Source: Octopus vulgaris (taxonomy: Eukaryota). Taken from it: a stretch of 64,000 nucleotides of DNA. Below the pieces are notes generated by a model. That model did not search any database. It was given only the letters and a program-made list of their open reading frames with translations, and was not told the DNA's origin. Of this stretch, positions 40,834-52,000 are shown in pieces. Where the stretch lies: the NCBI GenBank assembly GCA_951406725.2, contig OX597838.1, forward strand, positions 34,968,001 to 35,032,000, read 5' to 3'. The translations under genes and the position numbers were made by a program. Within the stretch, counting starts at the first letter, position 1; each line of letters opens with the position of its first letter.

Positions 40834-42508
40834 AATTCAAAATGTGACCGCGTGTGTACCGTTGGTGATTTTTTTTCCTCTGTCTTCCCTTCTCTGGATC
40901 TTTCCATCTCCTATGTTTCCGACGAAGAGCTCCGCTCGAAACGTTAAGCCCTCCTTCTTTCCTTCTTTCCTGAGCGTCCAATAATACTATATTTGTTCCA
41001 CGTCTTCGTGTTGTGTTTTTTTGTGCTTTCTTGTTTGGATTAACTTTATGTGTGTGTTTGTGTGTCTGTGTTTGTCCCAACATTGCTTGACAACCGATGG
41101 TGATGTGTTTGCGTCCCCGTAACTTAGCAGTTCAGCAAAAGAGACCGATAGAATAGTACTAGGCTTACAAAGAATAAGTCCTCGGGTCGATTTGCTCGAT
41201 TAAAGGCAGTGCTCCAGCATGGCCACAGTCAAACGACTGAAACAAGTAAAAGAGGGTTGACTTTCAGAGTCAATAAAATAAGCGCCATTTGAGCACTGGG
41301 GTTGATGTAATTGACTTAGCACCTCCCCGAAAATTGCTGGCCTTGCGCCAGAATTTGAAACCATTACTATTATTACTATTATTATTATTATTATTAGTTG
41401 GCAGCTGGCAGAAACATTAGCACTCTGGGCGAAATGCGTAGCCGTATTTCGTCTGCCGTTACGTTCTGAGTTCAAATTCCACCGAGGTTGACTTTGCCTT
41501 TCATCCTTCCGGGGTCAATAAATTAAGTACCAGTTATGCCCTGGGGTCGATGTAATCGACTTAATCCGTTTGTCTGTCCTTGTTTGTCCCCTCTATGTTT
41601 AGCCCCTTGTGGGCAATAAAGAAATAAGAATTAGCAGTATTTTGTCTGTCTTTTTGTTCTGAGATTAAATTCTTTCGGGGTCGATAAATTAAGTACCAGT
41701 GAAACACTGGGGTCGATGTAATTGACTAGCCTTTTCCCCCAACATTTCAGGCCTTGTGCTTATGGTAGAAAGGATTCCGTGGCTTTTATGGGTTTTTCCA
41801 CGTAAGACCTTTTCATTTTTTCGAAGCGTCTCCTCTATTGGGAGTTTTTCGTTGTTATACTGCTTTTTACTCGTTTTTTTTCACAAACGGACAAAACCCT
41901 TTGTAACCTTTTGTCCTGTTTTGTCCCTTTATGTTTTCCAATCATGTCTGTCAGCCCTTGTGGCCAATAAAAAGAATTAATTATTATTATTATTATTATT
42001 ATTGTGGTAAGCTAGCAGAATTGTTAGTGTGCTGGGCAAAATGCTTGGTGGTATTTTGTCTCCCTTAATGTTCTGAATTTGAATATTGCCTGGGTCAACT
42101 TTGCCTTTATCCTTTCAATGTTGATAAAATAAGTACCAGTTGAATATTAGGGTTGATGTAATCGACTTACTCCCGCCCTTGAAACTCCTGGCCTTGTGCC
42201 AAATTTTGAAGTTGTTGTTGTTATTTTTTATTATTATTATTATTATTATTAGCATCTCTTCAGTGTATGCCATCCAAGTGACACTAGGTAGACTACATCA
42301 AGCCCAGTATACCCATTATGACTACCCTAGTGTACTCTTGTCAGATGATAAGTGTACACCAGGTACATACATCACAACCATATGTGTGTGACACTGATAT
42401 CATATCAAGTTAAACAGTGCATAGTCTTGTAGGTGGGGCCCAGTGAGAATTTCCTTCTGGTAAAGTAGCCCATCCCACTCAAAAGGTCCTTGAATAAGGG
42501 TTGTTTAA

Positions 42509-42980
42509 CTCCTTTCATTACTGTATTTCTGTTGAGATGCTCTGTGTTTCTTTCAATTACTTTAAATATAACAAAGAATTTAGTAAAATAACTTAGCCAT
42601 CATTAAGCCAGTGTTAGGAACATAAATTGTGACTAAGGTTTAGTGGAAGATTTTAATTCAAAACTTATGAAAACAAGACATTTGTACTCAGAGCCAGAGG
42701 CAGTTTCAGCCGGGTTGGTAACGAAAGGGTTAAGAATTGTTTCTCTATTATATATTTTAACCCTTTTGTTACCATATTTCTGTTGAGATGTTCTGTGTTT
42801 CTTTCAATTACTTTAAATATAACAAAGAATTTAGTAAAATAACTTAGTTATCATTCAGCTAGTGTTAGGAACATAAATTGTGACTAAGGTTTGGTGGAAA
42901 ATTTTAATTCAGAACTTATGGAAACAAGACATTTGTACTCAGAGCCAGAGCCGGTTTCAGCCGGGTTAGTAACGAAAGGG
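42509..42980. mobile_element. piggyBac-type MITE dimer inserted at a TTAA inside a family E element
   Basis: TTAA at 42505-42508 and 42981-42984. The empty-site sequence ggttgtttaaggacgtt is visible in the family E copy at about 62841. Confidence 0.88.
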
Positions 42981-43174
42981 TTAAGGACGTTCAATAAAAC
43001 ATTCCTGTTTCTAGAGGTGAATTATTCAAACCCCTAAGAATTCCTCTCAACATATGGTTTTAAACCGTTGTATACTATGCATGTCCCTTCTTTTTCAGTG
43101 TATACCATGTATACTTACTTTAATTCTTTCATTTTTAAAATCATTTCATTATATGAACCCTCCCACACTTTATG

Positions 43175-43585
43175 TCTCATCAACTTTTTCAAATTTCACT
43201 TGAAAAGGAAGATGAGGTTAGAGAGGAGAGTGCTGTCTGATAGCAAGTTTTCTGAAAGGTGGGTGAATTGTGCAAGAATGGCCAGTATAAATGGACTAAT
43301 TCTGAGGTTTCACCTGTGATTGAAAAAGGTTTTATAAAAGGAGAAAGGGGCTCTCTACCCCACTTTTGACCAGGCTCCCGTTGGCTTTTATGGGTCTTTC
43401 CACCAGGAGCCTTTCGTAACGCCTCCCCCTATTGGGAGTTTTTCGTTGTTATATTATTTCATTGTTACACTGTTTTTTACACGGATTTTTACAAACGGAC
43501 AAAACCCTTTGTAACCTTTCGTCCTGTTTTGTCCCTTTATGTTTTCTAATCATGTGTGTCAGCCCTTGTGGCCAATAAAGAGAAT
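43175..43585 (+). mobile_element. LINE 3' end (Tx1/L1-like ORF2 C-terminus and 3' UTR)
   Basis: LINFFKFHLKRKMRLERRVLSDSKFSERWVNCARMASINGLILRFHL*, then a UTR ending cagcccttgtggccaataaagagaa. A second UTR copy lies at about 41778-41977. Clade assignment is tentative. Confidence 0.6.
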
Positions 43586-43646
43586 TAATCATCATTATTA
43601 TTTTGTTGCTTTCAGATTCCTGTGGAGGTGAGGTGAGACTATAACA

Positions 43647-43824
43647 ATGCTTCGACTCCAGCGTCACGTAGCTCAGCTACGGGGTTTGGCCGAGGACCAT
43701 CTTGCCACCTTAACGACCCGCCCACGATGCCATCCCGGTTACCGCCTCCCAGCATCGCTGAGGCAGGCGTCTTCATCTGCAGCCGATGGGAAACCTATCC
43801 AGAAACTCCTTGTTGCTAACCGAG
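43647..43824 (+). CDS. PC: PC coding exon 1 (mitochondrial targeting peptide and start of BC domain); exon begins at 43616 with 31 nt of 5' UTR
   Basis: [13 protein letters not shown]...[12 protein letters not shown]. Acceptor ttgttgctttcag ends at 43615. An in-frame TGA at 43629 precedes the ATG. Donor G|GTAAGA at 43825. Confidence 0.92.
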
Positions 43825-46181
43825 GTAAGAGAAAAAATAACCAGACTATGAGTACGTGTGTGTGTGTGCACAGGTGTACATATGTGTGTGTGTGTGTGTG
43901 TACATGTGTGTATGTGTGTACATGTGTGTGTGTGTACATGTGTGTGTGTGTGTGTGTGTGCATGTGTTGTACATGTGTGTGTGTGTGTACATGTGTGTGT
44001 GTGTGTACATGTGTGTGTGTGTGTACATGTGTGTGTGTGTGCAAATCAACCCCAAGACTTATTCTTTGCAAGCCTAGTACTTATTATATCGGTCTCTTTT
44101 GCCGAACCTCTAAGTTACGGGGACGTAAACACACCAGCATCGGTTGTCAACCAATGTTGGGGGGGGGAGGGAGAAACAGACACACAGACACACAAACATA
44201 CACACACACACACGCACACATACATATATACAATGGGCTTCTTTCAGTTTCCGTCTACCAAATCCACTCACAAGTCTTTGGTTGGCCCAAGGCTATAGTA
44301 GAAGACACTTGCCCAAGGTGCCATGCAGTGGGACTGAACCCGGAACCATCTGATTGGTAAGCAAGCTACTTACCACACAGCCACTCCTACGCCTATACTA
44401 GCAAATTATTCTCATGCAAGTGGTCTCATTTCTTTTCAATCTTACATTAAAACCTGTCCAGTCTTGGAAATATTACCTTGTTTGGAAACAGGTGAGGTTT
44501 GGCAACAGGAAGAACATCTACCTGTCTGTCTTTAGGAATCCTCTGTATGGAAAAGTGGACATTAAAACAATGATGATGATATATGCTTGTATGTATGTAT
44601 GTATGTATATCATTAACCGATGTATAAATACATTATGTATATATATACTCATACTCTTTTTACTTGTTTCAGTCATTTGACTGTGGCCATGTTGGAGCAC
44701 TACCTTTAGTCGAGCAAATCGACCCCTGGAATTATTCTTTGTAAGCCTTGTACTTAATCTATCGGTCTGTTTTGCCAAACCGCTAGGTTACGGGGATGTA
44801 AATACACCACCATCGGTTGTCAAATGATGTTGTGGGGGGGGGGGGGGGAGACAAACACAGACACACAAACATATACACACACACGCACATATAAAAATAA
44901 ATAAATGTGCCCTTTTAAAGCCTAGCCAGGTTCATGGGCCCGGTTTTCCTAGTTTCCATGGTGTATGTGTTCCCCAGCTGGACGGGACACCAGTCCATCA
45001 CAGCGTTACTCATTTTTGCCAGCTGAGTGAACTGGAGCAATGTGAGATGAAGTGTTTGGCTCAAGAACACAACGCGTCGCCCGGTCTAGGAATCGAAACC
45101 ACAATCTTACGATCATGATGCTGACACCCTAACCACTAAGCCACACACCTCCACACATATACATATATATAAATTTTATCTCGTTTGGCTTAACAGCCCT
45201 TCTTGTTTGTGTTACTGTTATTCTCCGTGTCCTGTCTTTTACTGTTTATATTTTGTACTGTCTTTACTGTCCTGTTTTTGTTACCATTTTTACCCCTCCG
45301 CAAAAAAATCTCAAATTTTATATAATTTGATTTTCGCGGGAAGGAAAATTTCATTGAAGTCATGTATCGCCTTGACCTTCGAAACGTGGAGTAGATGAAA
45401 CAAAGGCGACTGAAGAAGGGGAATTTTTCCTTGTTTTGTATGTCCTGTACTCTATTTTTTCATTGTTTAAAAAAATGTCCATTTCCTTGGTTTTGTGTTT
45501 ATGTTTTCGTTTCTCATTGTGTTCGACGTTTTTTTGGTGTCCTGTACCCATATATGCATGTATATATACATGTAGAGGTACGTACGTACATATATGTATG
45601 TATATATGCATATGTTTTATTTATTTATTAAATTAAATATATATATACATATATACGACGAGCTTCTTTCAGTTTCTGTCTACCAAATCCACTCACAAGG
45701 CTTTGGTCGGCCCGAGGCAATAGTAGAAGACACTTGCTCAAGGTGCCGCGCAGTGAGACTGAACCCGGAACCATGTGGTTCATAAGCAAGCTACTCTACT
45801 TCACAGCCACTCCTATGCCTACATGTGTATATCATTAACTGATGTATATTAAAGAAGAGATAAACATTGGTGTGAAGCAAAATAAAAAGGTACTTTATGA
45901 ATGAGGTCCCTTGAGATATTTGTTCTGCAGTGAGTAAGCAATTCAGATTTTCATGTTACACTAACTGTCAGAAATGCAATGAACTTAACCTCTCACACCT
46001 ACCTTACAATGTCATTCCAAAAAATATACAATCGGCTCAGGAGTGGCTGTGTGGTAAGTAGCTTGCTTACCAACCACATGGTTCCGGGTTCAGTCCCACT
46101 GCATGACACCTTGGGCAAATGTCTTCTACTAAAGCCTCGGGCCGACCAAAGCCTTGTGAGTGGATTTGAAAGAAGCCCGTC

Positions 46182-46218
<37 letters not shown>

Positions 46219-48218
46219 CGTGTATGTTTGTGTGTCTGTGTTTGTCCCCCTAGCATTGCTTGACAACCAATGCTGGTGTGTTTATGTCCCCGTCACTTAG
46301 CGGTTCGGCAAAACAGACTGATAGAATAAGTACTGGGCTTACAAAAGAATAAGTCCCGGGGTCAAGTTGCTCGACTAAAGGCGGTGCTCCAGCATGGCCG
46401 CAGTCAAATGACTGAAACAAGTAAAAGAATAAAAGGGTATGTATGTATATCATTAACCGATGTATAAATACATTATGTATATATATATTTGTATATATAT
46501 ACCGATGCTGGTGTGTTTATCTCCCCGTCACTTAGCGGTTCGGCAAAAGAGACTGATAGAATAAGTACTGGGCTTACAAAGAATAAGTCCCGGGGTCGAT
46601 TTGCTCAACTAAAGCATTGAAATCTTGTGGGTACGAGATAGTGAATGATTAATTCAAAGCAATTTGTATAAATAAGCTTTACATTTGACACAGTAATCTG
46701 AATGCTTTAAGGGTCTCAAACAATGATTACCACATCTTCCAAGTTATCTTCATTTATTCATATTTGCTTGTCCTCAAAAGTTCAGTGATTTTTTTTTTTT
46801 TCTTTTTTCATCTCTGTCTCTGTAGAAATATTTGTGACCCTATTAGATAACACCAAAATTATCTTAAACATTATCTTAGCAGTCACAGATGTAGCCATGT
46901 AGTAATAAAGTTTGCCTCTCAACTACGTGGTTCGGGGTTCCAGCCCACCGTGTGCTACTTTGGGAAAGTGACTTCTGCTATTGCCAAAGGGTTTACTAAT
47001 GCCTTGTGAGTGAAATTTGGTAGCATCTCTTTGACTAAGGTGTCCCTAGCCAAGTCCATAATCTTTTGTGGTTTTTTTTTCCTTTTTTGGACAACATGTA
47101 CTAAGAATCACCATTATCCAATTTGCTTTCTCATTTGTTTATTTTAAACAGTAGCTCATGATTTTACAGAGGTTTTGCTGCTCTTTCTAGCATATTAAAT
47201 AATTGAGTAGAAATACCAAATTCCTTCTGTGACTTTAAAGACAACAGTGTTGTTGCTGCTGCTGCTCTTTCCTCCTCCACCTCCTCTTCATCTGCCTCCT
47301 CCCCTCCTCCCCCTCCTCTTCATCTTCATCCTCCTTTTCCTCCTCCTCCTTCTCCCCCTCCCCTCCCCTCCCCTCCCCCTGTTCATCTTCCTCCTTTCCT
47401 CCTCCGCCTCTTCCTCCTCCTCCTCTTTCTCATACATGCTATTATTTATAGCTTTATCTACTTCAAGTTTCACCATCCCCAAAAAAGCACCATCCGACCG
47501 TTGCCAGCTTCGTCTGGACCCGTGCCGGTGGCACGTAAAAAACACCATCCGATCGTGGCCGTTTGCCAGCCACGTCTGGCACCTGTGCCGGTGGCACATA
47601 AAAAGCACCCACTACACTCACGGAGTGGTTGGCATTAGGAAGGGCATCCAGCTGTAGAAACACTGCCAGATCAGACTGGAACCTGGTGCAGCCTTCTGGC
47701 TTCCCAGACCCCAGTTGAACCGTCCAACCCATGCCAGCATGGAAAGCGGACGCTAAGCGATGATGATGATGATATTTATTTCAATACGTATCTTTTTCAT
47801 GTATTTATTTCCATTTCCTTTGCAGGAGAAATTGCCATCCGAGTGTTTCGGGCTTGCACCGAAATGAATATCCGTACCGTTGCAATTTATTCAGAACAGG
47901 ATATGATGCACATGCACAGACAGAAAGCTGATGAGTCGTATTTGATAGGCAAAGGCCTAGAACCAGTGGCTGCATATCTGAATATTCCAGGAATAATACA
48001 AGTTGCTCAAGTAAGTATTATTATTATTTTTTTTATCCGTTCTATAGGCGCAGGAGTGGCTGTGTGGTAAGTAGCTAACTTACCAACCGCATGGTTCCAG
48101 GTTCAGTCCCACTGCGTGGCACCTTGGGCAAGTGTCTTCTACTATAGCCTCATGCAGACCAAAGCCTTGTGAGTGGATTGGGTAGATGGAAATTGAAAGA
48201 AGCCCGTCGTATATATGC

Positions 48219-48284
<66 letters not shown>

Positions 48285-48985
48285 ATGTGTGTATATGTTT
48301 GTGTGTCGTGTTTGTCCCCCCCCTCCAACATTGCTTGACAACCGATGCTGGTGTGTTTACCTCCCCTAACTTAGCAGTTCGGCAAAAAGAGACCGATAGA
48401 ATAAGTACTAGGCTTACAAAGAGCAAGTGCTGGCGTCGATTTGCTCGACTAAAGGCGGTGCTCCAGCATGGCCACAGTCAAATGACTGAAACAGGTAAGA
48501 GAGAGAGTAAAGAGAGTCTATGGATTCTCCTGTCATTAATGAAAGATGACGGTGCTGCATCTTTTTGATCTTTTATCATTAATCTTTAATCTTTTACTTG
48601 TTTCAGTCATTAGACTGCAGCCATGCTGGGGCATCACCTTGCAGAATTTTTAGTTGAATGAATTGCCCTGGTACTTTTTTCCTCTTTTGCTGAACTGCTA
48701 ACTTAAAGGGATGTAAACACACCAACACTGGTTCTCAAGTGGTGGTGGGGAACAAATGCAAACACAAAACACACACCCACCCATACTCTTTTACTTGTTT
48801 CAGTCATTTGACTGTGGCCATGCTGGAGCACCGCCTTTAGTCGAATCAAATCGACCTTAGGACTTATTCTTTGTAAGCCTAGTACTTATTCTATTGGTTT
48901 ATTTTGCCGAACCACTAAGTTACAGGGACGTAAACACACCAGCATCGGTTGTCAACTGATGTTGGGAGGCCAAACAGACACACAA

Positions 48986-49028
<43 letters not shown>

Positions 49029-52000
49029 TACGACGGGCTTCTTTCAGTTTCCGTCTACAAAATCCACTCACAGGGCCTTGGTCGGCCCAAGGCTATAGCA
49101 GAAGACACTTGCCCAAGATGCCATGCAGTGGGACTGAACCCAGAACCATGTGGTTCATAAGCTAGCTGCTTACCACTAAATCATGATGATGATGTTTATT
49201 ATTACCCAAATAGTTTGAAAGAAAGGCGGCAAGCTAGCAGAATCGTTAGCGTGCCGGACAAAATGCTTAGCAGTATTTCATCTGCCGTTACATTCTGAGT
49301 TCAAATTCCGCTAAGGTCAACTTTGCATTTCATCCTTTCAGGGTCGATAAATTAAGTACCAGTTACGCACTGGGGTCGATGTAATCATCTTATTCCCTTT
49401 GTCTGTCTTCGTTTGTCCCCTCTATGTTTAGCCCCTTGTGGGCAACGAAGAAATAAGATTGAAAAAAGGCAGTGTATTTTAACAGGTGTATGGTAAAAAA
49501 TGGGTTAATAGTAATCAGTTATTTTATCAAATTCTTCATTATCTTCAAAATTAAATGAAACACAATCAGTGCATCTCATTAGAAATATGGCAACAAAAGG
49601 ATTAATTGACTATACCCAGCTTGTATGCTTCTGGCCCTGTTCCTAAATTAGATATCATTATTCTTTCCTTTATCATTAAACCGGATATTTGTGGCTTTCT
49701 GGAATAAATTACATCAAGTAATCTTTGAATCCGATACGTTCTATATTAGTTTCAGTTGGCATCTACTCCAAGATCTATACCAACTTTTCCTGAATTTTAT
49801 ATCATGATATTTCAGGTGCAGCCATAGCTGTTATAGTTAAGAAGCTTATGGAGCCATATAATTTCTGGTTGAGTTCCATTGCATGGCACTTTGGTCAAGT
49901 GTCTTGTATTATGATCCAAAACCTTGTTGCAAATTTGGCCGACAGAAACTAACAAAAAGTGTGTGTGTGTGTATATACATATATATAAGTTCAGCAAACA
50001 ATTTAGATTCAAATGAATATGGTACTTAATTTAGATGCACCAGAATTTTTTATGGTGTTACCCATAAAAATATACGGGGTGATTATAATAAAAAATAAGC
50101 AACAAGAATGAATCCGGATTCATTCTTGTTGCTTATTTTTTATTTTTGATTATATATATATATATATATATATACACGCCATGATAGACCGTTAGCTCCT
50201 ACACGCATTTTTTTCTCTCCTTGTTTTCTTCTGTGTATCTTTCTGTCGAAGAGTGTAGGCTCGAAACGTAAAAGACTTGTTCTATTTCTATTTCTGAGCG
50301 CCATACTAATACATTTGTTTGTTTGTACTCCACCTGCCTTCGTCTTTTGTTTATTTTCGTAAATCTTCCCTTTATATTGATTGATTGATTGATTCTAGTT
50401 TCAGCTTATGAGCTGTGGCCATGCTGGGGCACCGCCATATATATATATATATATATGTATGTATATAAATTAGAGAAGAACGACCATGTAGCAATTCAAC
50501 AATGATATAATTAAATCATATCATATAGAAAAAAATTAAAGATATGATAAAACATTTACCTAGAACTAAATAAAGTACAAAATAATAAATGATAAATAAT
50601 AAATAGATAGTATATATGCTATTTATTTATTATTTCGTACCTTATTCAGTTCTAGGTAAATGTTTTATCGTATCTTTAATTTTTTCTATAAGTATATCAT
50701 TGTTGAATTGCTACATGGTGGTTCTTCTCTAATTTATATACATGTATTATATATTGTGAAATTTGATTTAGTATTACTAAATTGAATTTTTCCCTATAAG
50801 TTTGGAATCATATTCCCTAATATTATTATTATTATCATATATAGCGCCGCCCCGACTAGCCTCGTGCCGATGGCACGTAAAAAGCACCATCCATTCGTGG
50901 CCGTTGCCAGCCTCGCCTGGCCCCCGTGCCGGTGGCACATAAAAAGCACCATCCGATCGTGGCCATTTGCCAGACTCGTCTGGCACCTGTGCTGGTGGCA
51001 CGTGAAAAGCACCCACTACACTCATGGAGTGGTTGGCGTTAGGAAGGGCATCCAGCCGTAGAAACATTGCCAGATCACACTGGGCCTGGTGCAGCCTTCT
51101 GGCTTCCCAGACCCCAGCTGAACCGTCCAACCCATGCTAGCATGGAAAGCGGACGCTAAACGATGATGATGATGATATATACACATACATACATACATAC
51201 ATACATAGGTACGTTGATGCAAATGGGAAAAGTAGAACTCAAAATATGACAATGTTCTTTTATTCTTTTATATATTTCAGCCCTGAGGCTGCGGCCATGC
51301 TAGGGCAGTGATATGTATATTTTTATTAATATTTACAGAAATAACAGAATGACTTACGGTTCGAGAGTCTTGTGCATTGGTAATCGCCAGCGCACGAAAC
51401 TCTCAGACCTTGAGTCACTCTGCTGCTTCTGCTAAGTGCTTCTAAATATATCTATATTAGGCACGTGCCGTCAGTAATCACCCAGGGTAAGCAGTTGGTG
51501 ACGTTTATGTAGTAAAACATGCAAAAAAATAAACGAAACACAGGCGTGCGACTGAGTTGGAGACAGAATTACTTATGCCTTTATAGTGAGTAAAGAAAAC
51601 GTTGTTGTAGGAATGTACGCAGCATATGTACTACGGCAGTACTATGTGTAGTTTTAATACTGAGATTGAAATACTGACAGTCTACAAGTGAATCTAACAG
51701 TTTTTGTGTGTTTCTTAAATGGCTTATAAACATCTTCCACGCTGCAATAGTTTTCGTTCCAGCACACTATCTCAGATCAGGTCACTTGCTATGCAAGTAC
51801 ATCTCCGTATCTATTTTTCGTTTTCCATTTAATCCCCCCCCACCAATAAAGAAGGCGCGTGGCCTAGTGGTTAGGCTGTTGCACTCATGATTGCGAGATC
51901 ATTGGTTTGATTCCCTGACTTGGCGATGCTTTCTGTTCTTGAGCAAAAGACTTCATATCCCGCTACTCTAGTCTCCCCCCCTTTGAGATCAGGGGTGAAT

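Noticed and set aside
43825-44360. Continuation of the 237-aa ORF beyond NRG
   Set aside because: Read-through into intron 1 microsatellite and SINE; the true frame splices at 43824.
47229-47657. Pro/Leu-rich and Arg/Glu-rich ORFs
   Set aside because: A low-complexity (CCT)n tract plus a family D repeat inside PC intron 1.
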